Below are positions 12,891-24,616 of a stretch of 64,000 bases of DNA, piece by piece (the first letter of the stretch is position 1; each line of letters starts with the position of its first letter). The notes under the pieces were generated by a model that worked only from the letters and a program-made list of their open reading frames with translations, made no database searches and was not told the DNA's origin. The translations under genes were made by a program, and so were the position numbers. Source of the DNA: Symsagittifera roscoffensis (taxonomy: Eukaryota); assembly GCF_963678635.1 (NCBI RefSeq), contig NC_087064.1, positions 46,049,437-46,113,436 on the forward strand, written 5' to 3'.

Positions 12891-15537
12891 AACCAGTGAA
12901 TTGTCCACGTTATACATATTACATAAAATAATCCTATTTGATATACGTAATGTACACCAGCACATTTATTCCATGCGTTATCAACTTGAAAGCTCTTTAT
13001 CTTCAATTAAAACTGCAGAGGGAAGCAGAAAACGGCTGAGAAGCAACATTACAAAAAATTTTAGGCTGCATTTTTATAGAACTGATTGCTCTTTTTGGTT
13101 GAAGGTTTTAAAAATGCTTCAAAAGCTCTATTTTTCTCAAAAAAATGACCAGCAAGTCGGAGCTTTTTGGTAAAATTTCTTGTTATACGGTATATGCCCA
13201 CCCTCCATTTTATTTAGGATTATCCGTTATGAGCACATAAATATGACACGATTAAACGTTTAAGATAAAGTGCCATATGACAAAACACAACTTAGCCAAC
13301 AGATAGTCAACAGAACGAAACCGAAAAAAAACTTGACTTCAAGCCCCCAAATTTTTACAAAAAATAATTGGAGGTAAAATATCTTTTTACATTTGAACTC
13401 AGGAAGCCCATATCTTCAATGGGGTATAAAAAAATTTTGTTGAAAATTATTATTTCGATCGGTGAAAATTGACTGAATAAAAAACCACAACGAGAATAAA
13501 TATTCCGTTTTCTTCAAAAGTCCGGGAAAAAATGAAACAAAAGCCACAGTCTAAAACAAATGAAAAATGTTAAGAAACCGCTTTTAAAAAAATTTCACAA
13601 TTTAGTCACGATGTTTAATTTGACAAAAACACAACCAGCATACAATTGCCGGTGAGAAATAAGTATTCATAAAAATCTATCGAACGGCAACTAAGCCTAT
13701 TACATTTTGGTAACTCCCAGTAAGCCAAGTGTGGCGGAGAAACCAAGAATTTTGAATTTATTAAAAACCAAGCTATCAAATAATTTAACTGATTTTATCG
13801 AACAAAATGCTATTAACCTGGAAAAAGTCTAGATTCCGATTTGATAACGCCTGCTAATTGCAGACGTGACTAGAGAGCGTCATTAGCTATAATTAGCGCA
13901 AATTAATTTAAGCTAAACTTGAAAAAAATCAACCCCCAAAAAGCTGAAGTTGAACGTGGACAACTTTTCAGACTAGCTTGAAAATTTTTTTTTAGAAAAA
14001 TCAAAACAGCCTATATGCTGATTTATCAACTAAAACAGAAAAAACTATATTTTTAGAAATTTAATTTAACAGTTTGTCTTAAATTAGGGAGATAATGGAC
14101 GAAGCGAGCGACAGAAAATTGGAAACGAACACAACAAGGAAACAGAAAAATGACGCAATGAAGAAACCAAAAAAATGACTTATGAATAAAAACTTTTCGC
14201 ATTTCAAGAAGAAAATATTTGGCCTTAAAGTTCTTCGAAGTTCAAAAACATACGATGATTGACAATTTTGTGATAAAACTAACCCAACTTGAGAACATTG
14301 AATGGAGGGCTAAATTTTCATTACCCTGGGAAAACTAGAAATTAAATAAACTTTTGAACTTATTCACGCCTGCGCTCCTAGAGCTTTCACAATTGGATAG
14401 CATGAATTACCTTCCTTTAAAACAAATCAGATTATCAAGACCTATTCAAGTGTCTTTAAAGGGTTTATAGACACTCAAAAAGTGATAGGAAGAAAAAATG
14501 CTCTAAATGTACCAAATATTATATGGTGAAACCTTTTTTTTGCAAAATTCAAGCCCAAAAAGGGTCAATTTCGGCACCTTTTTGTACATCTATTGAAAAA
14601 GAACTTAGAGAATAAAGGATTCAGTCAGTTTTTTTATTCAGCTGGAAATTCAGAAAAAAAAACTAGTTTTCAAGCAAGAAGTCATGCACGCACGGTTTTC
14701 GTGACTTTTACACTTTGCGGTCGATAAGAGAGCTTGTTTTCCTGTCAACAAAGGAATAGAAGTAAAAAAAAAATTCGAACCGTGAAAAATCGAAATTAGG
14801 CAGGGAAAAATTTCAGGGAAAAATTTCAAAAATATCACATATATAAGTGAAATAATTTACGATAATTTCACATTATCTGCGATAAATTACACTTGAATAT
14901 TTCAGAACTACCGAGTCAATTACTCAATAAAACTCATCAAATTAAGCTTCTAAGGTAAATCAAAAAAAACCTACGAGTATAATCGTCTAAATTTTGTTCA
15001 AATTAGTTTAAACTCAAAAAAATTCTTAATTCATGTTATGCGCAACGTTATTGAGATTATACCCTTGTTTAACTAGCTGGCTATAAAGAAGGCTCACTTT
15101 GATACAAACTGCTCAGCGACTGAATCGGTAAATTTGACATCAATTTTGGTACATTATCTCGGACCAGAAATTCGCGCTCCAAATTGACGACATTAATACA
15201 AGGCTAAACTCTCAAAAAGCGAAAAACTTTGTCTTTCTTAAAACGGAGTTAAATCAATTGCAAAAACGCATTTATATTTCTGATTTTGCACAAGTAGCAT
15301 AAGTAGCACTGTATAAGTATCTTCATTACAACTATTGGCAATAAAAAAGTACACATTTAGATGTCAAAGTTTGACAACAACCAAGCCAAAATTATTAATG
15401 CCAGTAAAAAACTGAAACATTCTATTCAAATCTGTGCTTCGTCTTCAGCAGCAATACTCGGTTACTTAATACAATTAGGTATAATTTTGAAAATATTGGA
15501 CAGGAGACAGTCAAACTGCAAAAATTGGCTAAGAACA

Positions 15538-15700
15538 GGGGCGGATTTAGGGGGGGGGGGGGGGGCGGACGCCCCCCCCCCCCCCTCAGGGATTCGAACC
15601 CCTGCCAACCCAAAGGGTCCCCCCTTTGGTACTTTTTAAGAAATCCAATTTTGGCCGACCGAATATAGCCAGTTCTAAAAAAGTCCATTAACTCCAGGAA
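15538..15700. mobile_element. hAT-type MITE fragment of the same family, with a G14/C14 inverted homopolymer pair.
   Basis: GGGCGGATTTAGG is followed by G(14)CGGACGC C(14), then by a tRNA T-arm-like hairpin cagggattcgaacccctg and internal sequence shared with 47959-48320. The 3' end is not defined. Confidence 0.45.
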
Positions 15701-16084
15701 CCCAAAAAATGAATTGAATTTTCTGAAAAAAAAATAAAATTAAAAAAGAACACATACATTATCTCAAACCTCGTTTCAATTTTTAAATCTTTTATGTTTG
15801 ACACCTATTTGATAAAACTGACCCCATTTTATAAAACTACCTCACGGATGACCTTTGATTCCGCCCTCAAATTGAAAACAAAACACTTTGGAAAAATATT
15901 CATTTCTTGGTCGCCATTTGAAATTTTATAGAAATTATATGTTCCCTTTCATTTGGCAACTAAATTGGAAACTTAAAAGAAATCAAAACTCAAGCCGACA
16001 AAACAAAACTGAGCGTAAACATCTAAGACTTATTCCGAGAAAAATGCCAGAATGCTTTCACGCTGCTCATTAACCCATAAAAAC

Positions 16085-16540
16085 ATAACCAATCGAAGAT
16101 TGGAAAAGAGTAATGAGCGCAAGTAAACAGAAAAAAACACTGACTTTGTTGAATAAATCTCAACTTTCGAAGAAAAAAAATAGATGCCTTTAAAGCTCTT
16201 TGAATTTCTAGAACGATTTATGATTGCGCTTTTTTGATAACATTAACCCAACTTGAGAAAACTGGATCAACAGGTGAAGTTGTAATTCCGCTGAAAATGA
16301 AATTAAATTCCACTTTCGAAACTAGAAATTGTTCGCGAATTTTCGCGCCATTTGCACGTTCGTAATTGGAGAAGGCTAATTATGTCACTTTCAGCAGATG
16401 AATTGCAATTGAACTCAAAAAGTGCATTATAACTAAGTGCATCATTATTCTAAGACTTTTTCCTGAAAAAAAAAACAAAAAAATTCAGCAAGACCTATAT
16501 AAGAGCCTTCACTATGTTCATTACTCTTGAACATATTCCA
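16085..16540 (+). mobile_element. R1 family, a nonautonomous interspersed element of about 430-480 bp (SINE or MITE-like, type undetermined). This is the representative copy.
   Basis: The consensus landmarks are CAGTTGGAAAAGAGTAATGAGCGCAAG, then (A)n, then GCTCTTTGAATTTCTAGAAC, then TTGAGAAAACTGGATCAA, then TCCACTTTCGAAACTAGAA, then CACGTTTTTCG, then GACCTATATAAGAG, then TTCACTACGTTCATTACTCTT. Other copies, all in plus orientation, lie at 1893-2031, 14105-14470, 17625-17870, 22545-23035, 24805-25205, 27325-27640, 30335-30770, 32340-32545, 40065-40575, 42425-42700, 43420-43500, 46905-47215, 52915-53300, 53725-54155 and 55690-55960. Confidence 0.55.
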
Positions 16541-17094
16541 CAACACCAAACCGATTCTTTATTAACAAATTTTGATTACGAAAAGGCTCACAAACAAAAT
16601 CTACCCAAGTTCAGCTATCAATTGCAATTGAGGGAAGTAATCCAGGCAAGCGAATCAACAACAATATTTCCAAAAAAAAATATTTTCCAAAAAAAAAAGT
16701 TCAACAATATTTTTAGAAATGAACTAATTTTTGCAAAAGCAAACTGAATCTCACGCACCCTAAGTAATATAAAAACAAGATTCCAACCTTGTTTGAACTG
16801 CTTTTTGAATTTTTTTAGGAAAAATTTACTGTCTAGTGGGCCGATAAAAAATAAGTAGACAATAATTCAAAAATTAAATTGTGTCATAATAGAAAAAAAA
16901 TACAGATTCTGACCTGGCTCGGCTCAATGCTCCTTCTCGTTCAAAAATATACGCTACCAAGTTTTCAGCACCTTTGCCCAGAAAACTTCTAATTATCAAT
17001 CAAGTTGACAATTAATCACTAATTTAGTTCGGGAATTGAAAACATAGCCAACAAAACCAACAAAGAGTTCGAAAATAGTCAATGAATGCAAGGA

Positions 17095-17615
17095 AAGAAA
17101 AATTAACACAGAGGCGAAGTTGCAATTCGCATACACAAGCAAAAACATAACCGATAACGCTACTGGGAAAAACTGAATGATTAAAATTTTGAGTCTACAT
17201 AATTGCTAAGTGACGCAAGCCAATTGTGACGCATTAGCAGTACCAGTCAATTCGAAAAAAAAAGAAATTTAACAACTAACATGCCTCAATTTATAAAGCG
17301 GACAAATTTAACTAGTACAAAAAAGTTCAGTAAAAATATCCGACCCTGCACAAGTTCGAACCCTCTTATTTTGTTGCTAGTCTCTTTCCCTACCTCTACG
17401 CTACAGATCCATGATACCTTGAAGCTAAAATGCTATTTGAAATAAAATAGTCCATGTTAATGTCCTTAGCATTGGCTGTAGTTAATAGCTGGATCAAAAC
17501 GAACACTTTCAAAATGAACCCATTTTGTCGCAACAATTGCATCGCAACAATATTTGCGACTTAGGTTGGAAAAAAAGAGTTCATACTATAACACAAGCTA
17601 TGTTTGTGTAAAAAC
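17095..17615 (-). mobile_element. tRNA-related SINE, subfamily A, about 520 bp, full length.
   Basis: On the minus strand it has an internal tRNA-like module: a D-arm-like tgtagcgtagaggtag and a T-arm-like GGGTTCGAACTTG (plus strand ..caagttcgaaccctc..). It has an internal T-run. Its 3' end carries the stem-loop GCGAAGTTGCAATTCGCATACACAAGC. It is near-identical to the copies at 20435 and 44395. Confidence 0.6.
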
Positions 17616-18069
17616 ACTGACTTGATAAAAATACTGAAATTCATAGAAAAAAAATAAGCTCTGCGAATTTCAAGAACCATTTATGATTGACACTTTTTCA
17701 TAAAACTAACCAAATTTGATAAAAATGGGTCAATAGGTAAAATTTATATTCCGCTGGGAAATCAGAAAATTAAAATCCACATTCGAAACAAGAAATCGAT
17801 CATGTTTTTTGAGACAATTACACTGCTGCTGATCGCTAGTAGAGGTTGAGTCCCCCTTTAACAAAAGAAATGATCTGAGCTTGAAAATGAACCTCAATAT
17901 GATTTAAAGTCAAACCTCGAAAAATTTCATTCATTTATATGAGTCTTTACTGCGTTCAATTCCTCTTCAAAAATTGACTCGTTCCCAAATGTAAATAAAT
18001 TAAATTCACAATACAAACTAAAATTTATTATTTGCCAAATTTGAGTCCGATTATAATCATCAATAAGTT

Positions 18070-18657
18070 TTAGCATGCATTTTCAGCTTGGTCTGCGCTG
18101 ACTCTCCTAGGAACTGCCAAGTAGCTGGTGGTCAGGGAGGTTCTCGTTGTTTCCTGCAAGTATACACCTCCATTCGGATTTCCGAGCCGATTCGAAGAAT
18201 CTCTTGGTGTACCTGTGCATCCTGGTTGCTGTCTTCTTGTATTCTGGCTCATATTCCTCACATTTCGCGCCCTTTCATTTCTAATAGCCCCTGGACATAG
18301 CCACATTTTTACTAAAGTTGCAGACGCGCTTCTGAAGCTTCGGTTGTATGTCAGAAAAAGCGGGAAATTAGACAGGGAAATTGTGAATATCAGGTAGGTC
18401 GTCAGTTTGTACACAATCGCAGGGGGGTTTTTGTATATAAAATCAACAGACATGTAAGGAACCCAGGTGAGAATGAAGATGACAGTGATAGTTAGGAACA
18501 GATTGTAGGCTCGTTTGATCACGTTTCGTTCCTCTTGTTCCTTCGCGTGAGATACATGTCGTCTGCTACAAGTGGACTCGGGGGTAACCGAGAAACGTTC
18601 AACAGAGTTGGATGCAATCATTTTGTAATTAGTTCCAGGTACCGAGGCTGCGCTTTC
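18070..18657 (-). CDS. GPCR exon 3. It covers the end of ICL3, TM6, TM7 and about 100 aa of C-terminal tail, ending at the stop.
   Basis: The acceptor tttcttttttgtttag|GAAAGC is in phase 0 and follows a 204-bp intron (18658-18861). TM6 is FLTITVIFILTWVPY, a CWxP-like motif. TM7 is SLSNFPLFLTYNRSF, an NPxxY-like motif. The ORF runs to the stop at about 18070. The assembled protein is about 449 aa. Confidence 0.65.
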   Translation of the reverse strand, partial: ESAASVPGTNYKMIASNSVERFSVTPESTCSRRHVSHAKEQEERNVIKRAYNLFLTITVIFILTWVPYMSVDFIYKNPPAIVYKLTTYLIFTISLSNFPLFLTYNRSFRSASATLVKMWLCPGAIRNERARNVRNMSQNTRRQQPGCTGTPRDSSNRLGNPNGGVYLQETTRTSLTTSYLAVPRRVSADQAENAC

Positions 18658-18861
18658 CTAAACAAAAAAGAAATTAATTATCGATGCTTGAGAACATAAA
18701 CATGTCGAACTCGCTAATTCAGTAAATACAAGTTATCAGAACTCTTTCCGTTTAGATGCTTTTCTTCATTAATTCCATTCTTAATTTGTTAAGTTGAAGC
18801 GACAGATGTCCCAAACAGTGAAAAATGAGGCCTAAAACAATAATGACTTGACTTGACTAAC

Positions 18862-19204
18862 GTTTGATTCCCTATGTTTGGTCAACGATGCCGTCTGTGC
18901 CATCAAGTTTTGCGCATTACCCTGACTAGCAGATGCACCTCCATGCTTAGCGCGACACAACGCCACAATAATCGCCGCATAACAGGTGACCATAATCACC
19001 AAAGGTATGACTGCATTGATCACAAAATTACACAGAGTGAATTGCAGAGAGGGTGAGTATATGAAACACAGGAGTTGTCCGTCGAAGTTGGGCGCGTTGA
19101 AGTAGATTGCAGAAGCAACGGGAAAGAAGGAGGAATAGAGGACGACGAAGAGCGAGAAGAGCAAGTATGTCTTCTTGGTCAGCGTTGACATCAAGTAGAG
19201 GTAT
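18862..19204 (-). CDS. GPCR exon 2. It covers TM4-TM5 and the start of intracellular loop 3.
   Basis: The acceptor ctatctaag|A enters in phase 2 and completes an R codon. The spliced peptide reads ..VTPI-R-YLYLMSTLTKKTYLLFSLFVVLYSSFFPVASAIYF...FVINAVIPLVIMVTCYAAIIVALCRAK.. The donor AAAC|GTTAGT is in phase 0. The intron back to exon 1 is about 4 kb and contains SINE copies. Confidence 0.6.
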
Positions 19205-20434
19205 CTTAGATAGTTACACGTTACAGAATGCACTTTCATTTTGTTCGCAGAAAACGGAACACGCTTTAAAACTTTTTCTCAACACATCACGTCTCAGGTT
19301 GAAGTTCAAAACAAGTTGACAACAAACAACGGATTTAATCCTTTTACTCCGTTATATCTAATATTGATTGAATTTACATTTTTGTCAAAAAATGAAATAT
19401 GAGTACTTAAAAAATCTTAATTGACTGGTTCAATATCTATAGTTTGTATTCACGAAAGCATCAAAAAAGTTCGCTCAGCTTAGAAAACGAACTTGAGTTC
19501 ATAAAAAAGATCGACTTCACTTTTTATTACCAACGCTCCGTTCATCTTGTCTCAATTTATGACATAAACCTTTCGCTCAAAGCATGAAGATTTAATTTAT
19601 ATTAGCCTAGCTTCGAAACTTATATTTGCCTAGCAATTTTCATTAGTGGGATTATAGCGATTCAGAAATAGGGAACAAGGGCATATTAACCTCAGAGTTT
19701 AGGAGGCTTTCAATTAATCAGTACTTTCCATTCTGCTTAGAGAAACCTTTTTCAATATTCTAATTTTCATTTAAATGACATTGCACGGCGAACTTTTGAA
19801 TTTTTTCAAGGTAATTTAGCAATTTCTGTAACTTCCCTGATCAACTACCAAATTTGGCATTGAAATTCTCAAATTATCGATAACAAAAAAGTTTTCTTAT
19901 GAGTTTAAGAGTAAAATCCAATTGTAACAAGCTAGGCTGGGTTTGATTCACAGCTAGACAATCCTCAAAATTTTAAAATAATTCCTTGTAGTTGAAGAAC
20001 ATAATTTTAGCTTTTAATCTAATTAGCCACATTTCGCAAACAAGATTGTTACGATCGGTCAAGTGTATGAGCATATAAGATTTTTAGTTGAAAAACTCTA
20101 CTTATACCTAATTTTGACTCGTCAAACAAAAATTCCTTTGAGAATCAGACGGAAACGTGATTACTAATGCTAACGTTCTCAGAAGACACATCCTTAGCCC
20201 CGCCTCTTTAAACAGAAAAACTATCAGTCCATTCGATGTTACACAAAAGAAAAACAAAACAAACCCCTCCTATTGAAACTCCTACAAACTCTCCTTTCAA
20301 AATTAAACGCCGAGCAGCAATTCCATTTTGGTTACCTGAAAGCGTACTTCGAGCTCCACCAAAAAAAAAGAATTCGAAAAATCAGCTTTAATACAAATCA
20401 AATGAAAAACCGCCTATACGCATAGCTAACAGAA

Positions 20435-20955
20435 CATTAACACAAAGGCGAAGATGCACTTCGCATACACAAGCAAAGATACGACCGATAACGCTACTGG
20501 GAAAACCAAGAAATTTTGTAGACTCAAAGTTTTACTCAGTCCGTCAGAAGTGACGCACGCCAATTATGAGTCTACATAATTTCAAAGTGACGCAAGCCAA
20601 TTATGACGCATAAGAAGTACCAATCAATTTGAAAAAAAAAAAAGAAATTTACCAACCAACATGCCTCAATTTATAGAGCGGACAAATTTAAATATTATCA
20701 AAAAGTTCAGTAAAAATATCCGACCCTGCACAAGTTCGAACCCTCTTATGTTGTTGCGCGTCTCCTTCCCTACCTCTACGCTACAAATCCATGATATCTT
20801 GAAGCTCAAGTGCTATTTGTAATATAATAGTCTGTGTTAATATCCTTAGCATTGGCTGTACTTAATAGCTGATTGTTGATCAAAATGAACACTTTCAAAA
20901 TGAACTTAATATTTGCGACTTAAGTTGGAAAAAAGACAGTTCATACTATCACACA
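20435..20955 (-). mobile_element. tRNA-related SINE, subfamily A, copy 2, in an intron of the GPCR gene.
   Basis: It aligns end to end with 17095-17615. Its 3' stem-loop is a perfect palindrome, GCGAAGATGCACTTCGC. Confidence 0.6.
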
Positions 20956-21419
20956 AGCTTTGCATGTGTAAAAAAGGACCAGTGAGCTCGAGGAAATTTG
21001 CCTTAGTAATTTGCCTTAGAATTTCAATTTGAATTGCAGTAATCAATTTACCAATCGCAAAAATCAAATTTAAAAGTTTTCCGCAAAAAATACAGGATCT
21101 AAACAAGTGATACATCAATCACATCGTCCATAGACACGAAATTTTGATTTTAATTATCAAGAAATCAGCCAATAGATAATAACAGAGTTCAGTATTCTTT
21201 TACTGCAATGAAACAGTCGACCAACAAATTAAACACTGAGTGATGATGAATTTCGCAAAAAGCAAAGAAAACTACCAAAACGAGCTCAGAAAATGCCCTA
21301 AAACATTAAATAGAGAAAGCCTCGGATACTACGGGATTCGAATCAAGACCGCCAAACTAGGAGTCTCAGACCTTACAACATAGGCAAAACTTCGCTTCGC
21401 AAACAGTAACGAGAAACGA

Positions 21420-21725
21420 AAAAAAGAGCTCTATAAAGTGCAATAAAGAAATAGAAATAAGCCTCGAATTAGTAAAAACTCGGCAAAATATTAGATTCGA
21501 GACTGCGACCTAGAAATTAAGAGTCTCAAACACTACACACTCAGCCACGGATGCTTTATAGGTCAAAACACTAGACACAAATCAAGCAGAGAGCAGATTC
21601 ATTTCAATTGCCAATGCTACAGTGAAATTTTCATACGAATGAACACTATTAATGACCACTTTTTTCGAGTTAGGTTAGAAAAATAGAAGGTTCGTAATTA
21701 TCGCTAGTGTAATCACTTACCCATG
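21420..21725 (-). mobile_element. tRNA-related SINE, subfamily B, about 300 bp, with a partial duplicated head at 21295-21415.
   Basis: The plus strand reads ..aagcctcgaattagtaaaaactcgg..gattcgag..ctcagccacggatgc....ttcgagttaggttagaaaaatagaaggttcgtaat. It carries a GATTCGAATC T-loop-like motif. It shares the gagttaggtt(a/g)gaaaaa..ttc(a/g)ta head motif with subfamily A. Confidence 0.5.
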
Positions 21726-22544
21726 GCGGCTTGATCTGGATTTTCACGCTTACTGTATTTTCAGTTTTGAGGGAGCGCATTAAAGTTTGGTTGGAAAAAA
21801 AAGACTGATCGTATACCACTCGCTTGTGTAAAGAACTCATGAATTTCACATGAGAGGTTTAAGCAAACCATAATTTAAAATTATGTTTATGGGTTGTTTA
21901 AACAAGCGAGCGTTATCACTTTGGACATGAAGCTAGACTCCTTCGCAATACGACACTACCTACCCTTATGTTAACATATTTATATTTAAAATGTAATTAA
22001 AAACTAGAGATTTGAAAATTGATATCACGGGCGACATAGAAAACGCCTATATCAACTATTTGAAGTGGCAAAAAACTTCGTAATTTAAGTTTTTTTCATA
22101 TTGAAAACTTGTTTCTCAGAAAAGCAATAGCATTTTTACGCATGACATCCATGAAATAATAGTGAGAAAAACGGAATTCGATGGAATCCTCCCAGCTTGC
22201 TTTTAGGTCAATACAATAGGTTAAATAAAAGTGATGGTTAAGTTGTTCTATACCTTTTTTGTTCACAGCCGTTTGTTTCTGCCTTGTTTAAGGAACGAAT
22301 GTTTCAGCCTCAACTTGTGTTGGTGATCTCAATTCCTAGTTATCTCAGATCGTGTCTGTGAACTGATGTCCTTTTGACATTGATTCCAAAACTTTGACAA
22401 TTATTTTGTTACTCGGGGAGTTTTTTACGCAGTTAGCTTAGTACTTCATTAAGCGTTTTCAAGGTTGACAATATGGAAAATAATAACTTTAAGAAAATGG
22501 CGATGACCTATATAAGAGCATTTACTACGTTCACGACTCTTAAG

Positions 22545-23035
22545 TAGCAAACTGACGGTTGGAAAAGAGAAATGCAAGCAAAGAAGCAAAAAAACTGACT
22601 TGTTTTTTGAAAAAACTTCAATTTTCGAAAATTAAAGAAAAAAATAAACACTTAAAGCTCTTTAAAATTCACGAATGGTGCTTCATCTCAATTGTGGTTG
22701 TTGCTGTTTTGATAAAAATAACGTTATTTGAGAAAACTGTATCAACAAGTAAAGTAATCATTTCGCTGAAAAATCTGATAACTAAATTCCGTTTTCGAAA
22801 TTAGTAGTCGATCACGTTTTTCATGACGTTTACATTTTCGCTGTTCAATAAAGGAGTTTATCTTCCTTTAAACAAGGAAAAAGCACTGAGCTTAAAAAAA
22901 ATCACAAGTCAAACAGCGAAAAATCAAAACAGCGTGAACTGATCTTTCCTAAAAAAAAACCAAAAAAAATCACTTAGACCTACATAAGAGTACTCACTAC
23001 ATTCATTACTCTTTAAAAACTAATATCTCACATTG
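22545..23035 (+). mobile_element. R1 family copy. It is the longest, shows the terminal direct repeats, and lies in GPCR intron 1.
   Basis: It begins gacctatataagagcatttactacgttcacgactctt, then cagttggaaaagag is reached. It ends cctacataagagtactcactacattcattactcttt. Each end therefore repeats a motif of about 40 bp. Confidence 0.5.
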
Positions 23036-23162
23036 GCTTTAAAGAATTGCCTTTAGTGGTGGAGCAATTAAGATACAATTTTCCTCCATTTAGAAAAATT
23101 GACTGGCATTGGAAATTGACTATTTGACCTGAATTATACGTGCATTCTGTAAATAACTATAC

Positions 23163-23581
23163 CTGATTGGCGTGACCAGCGCACAAAACCGGTCTACTGC
23201 TACTGTCATTAGCAATGTATTGGCCATATTCTGTACAAGTTGCAAAACCATTCCCTGAATTCCACAGAAAGATCGACCAAACTGCCATTTATGGTCAAGT
23301 GTCACTGTCACTGACATGGGAATGAGAAGAATAAAGCCACTTACGAAGTCAATGATACTTAGCCATGTCATTATGTAACCAGTTGGGTTTTTGAAATTAG
23401 ATCGAATTTGCCTGGGCGAGAAGAGAAAAATGATCAAGCAGAAGGAACTGAATAGAATAACAGTGATTGTAATCACAATGCAGAGAGTGGTCTCGAAAAG
23501 AGAACTCTGGTCTTCCCTTTCAAAATCTTCATCGAAAGTTGAGTTTTCATCTAAGAAAAGGTCAACAGATGAACCGTTCAT
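23163..23581 (-). CDS. Class-A (rhodopsin-like) GPCR, exon 1. It covers the N-terminus and TM1-TM3 through the DRF motif.
   Basis: ORF 23120..23581 (-) begins MNGSSVDLFLDENSTF, an N-glycosylated tail. TM1 is TTLCIVITITVILFSSFCLIIFLF. TM2 is LSIIDFVSGFILLIPM, carrying an LxxxD-like motif. TM3 ends in VAVDRFCALVTPI, a DRY variant. The donor CAG|GTATAG lies at plus 23157-23162, in phase 2. Confidence 0.7.
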
Positions 23582-23954
23582 TCTGATTTCTAGATTTGAA
23601 GATTAACTGCTATGAAGATAAATTTATGCCAATATAATAAAGAGATAACTACTTTCCTGGCAACCGTTGAAAAGAAAAGTAAAACGAGTCTCATAAAATA
23701 TCACTTTCATAAGTCAGTTGAATATTTTCCTCCAATAGAAAGGAGCAAAAAAACGTACCGTCTTCACATAATTAAAGAGGCGATGGGCGAATTTACGCAA
23801 AGCATATTGGAGGAAAATTATGTTTATTTCCATTTACTTGCGTGGAATTCAACATTGCATCACTCAAAAAAATGAATATATATATTTTTCATCTTAAATA
23901 ATCAGGATCTTGACCACTACAAACAAATTTTAAAAAGTTCGAAAGCTGCTAGAA

Positions 23955-24616
23955 CAGTGGCGGTTTTAGAGGGGGGGCTGGGGGGGCTCGAGCCCCCCCT
24001 TACGGATTTTAACAGTGAAAACGAGCAAAGGGGGGACCCTTTGAGGTTTTTAATAAAAATTATACCAGATATCGGTATTGCTTCGTCACATTCTCTTACC
24101 AAGGAGGAGAAATACTTTCTTTTAACTGACGATTTACTTCCTCCAGCCAACTTTCAATAGCCATACGAAGAGCGCAAAGATGGTGAGCGATTAGTTAAAC
24201 GTTTTCTGAGCAAAGATCATCTGACTAAGCACCCATATCTTGCATATTCGATTGAAAAGAAAGGTCTTTTTTGCAAAGTGTGTGTATTATTTGGGGATAT
24301 TACGGCAGCACAGAAAACTGGTTCGAGAGACATATTCTTTTTCACGAGGGCTTTTACGAAGTATGCAAGAATGTTCCGAGGAGGCTTTGCTCCGCATCTT
24401 TGCGACTATACCAGTGTCAACGGCTACTGCGGAGCGAAGTTTCTCTGCCCTGAAGTTACTCAAAAGCTACCTTCGTGCAACGATGTCAGAGCAGCGAATA
24501 AGTGCGCTAGCACTTTGCTATATACATAGTGACTTGGATGTGAAAACTGAATCTATAATTGATCGTTTTGCTAGAAAGTGAGCCCCTTCTTTGAAAAAAT
24601 CCTAAAACCGCCACTG
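23955..24616. mobile_element. Internally deleted hAT-family transposon (MITE-like, 662 bp) with a perfect 8-bp TSD.
   Basis: The TIRs are CAGTGGCGGTTTTAGRGG... on the left and ...CCTAAAACCGCCACTG on the right. The 8-bp target-site duplication TGCTAGAA sits at 23947-23954 and again at 24617-24624. Internally one frame encodes a TTF-type zinc-finger-like N-terminus (RFLSKDHLTKHPYLAYSIEKKGLFCKVCVLFGD). A second frame, ORF 24240..24581, encodes a hAT C-terminal dimerisation motif (IPVSTATAERSFSALKLLKSYLRATMSEQRISALALCYIHSDL). A subterminal palindrome GGGGGGGCTCGAGCCCCCCC is present. Confidence 0.8.

Noticed and set aside
24240-24581. ORF of 113 aa with a hAT dimerisation motif, considered as a functional transposase gene.
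   Set aside because: The element is only 662 bp. The zf-TTF-like and hATC-like segments are in different frames, and there is no DDE catalytic core. It is a remnant inside a nonautonomous element, not a gene.
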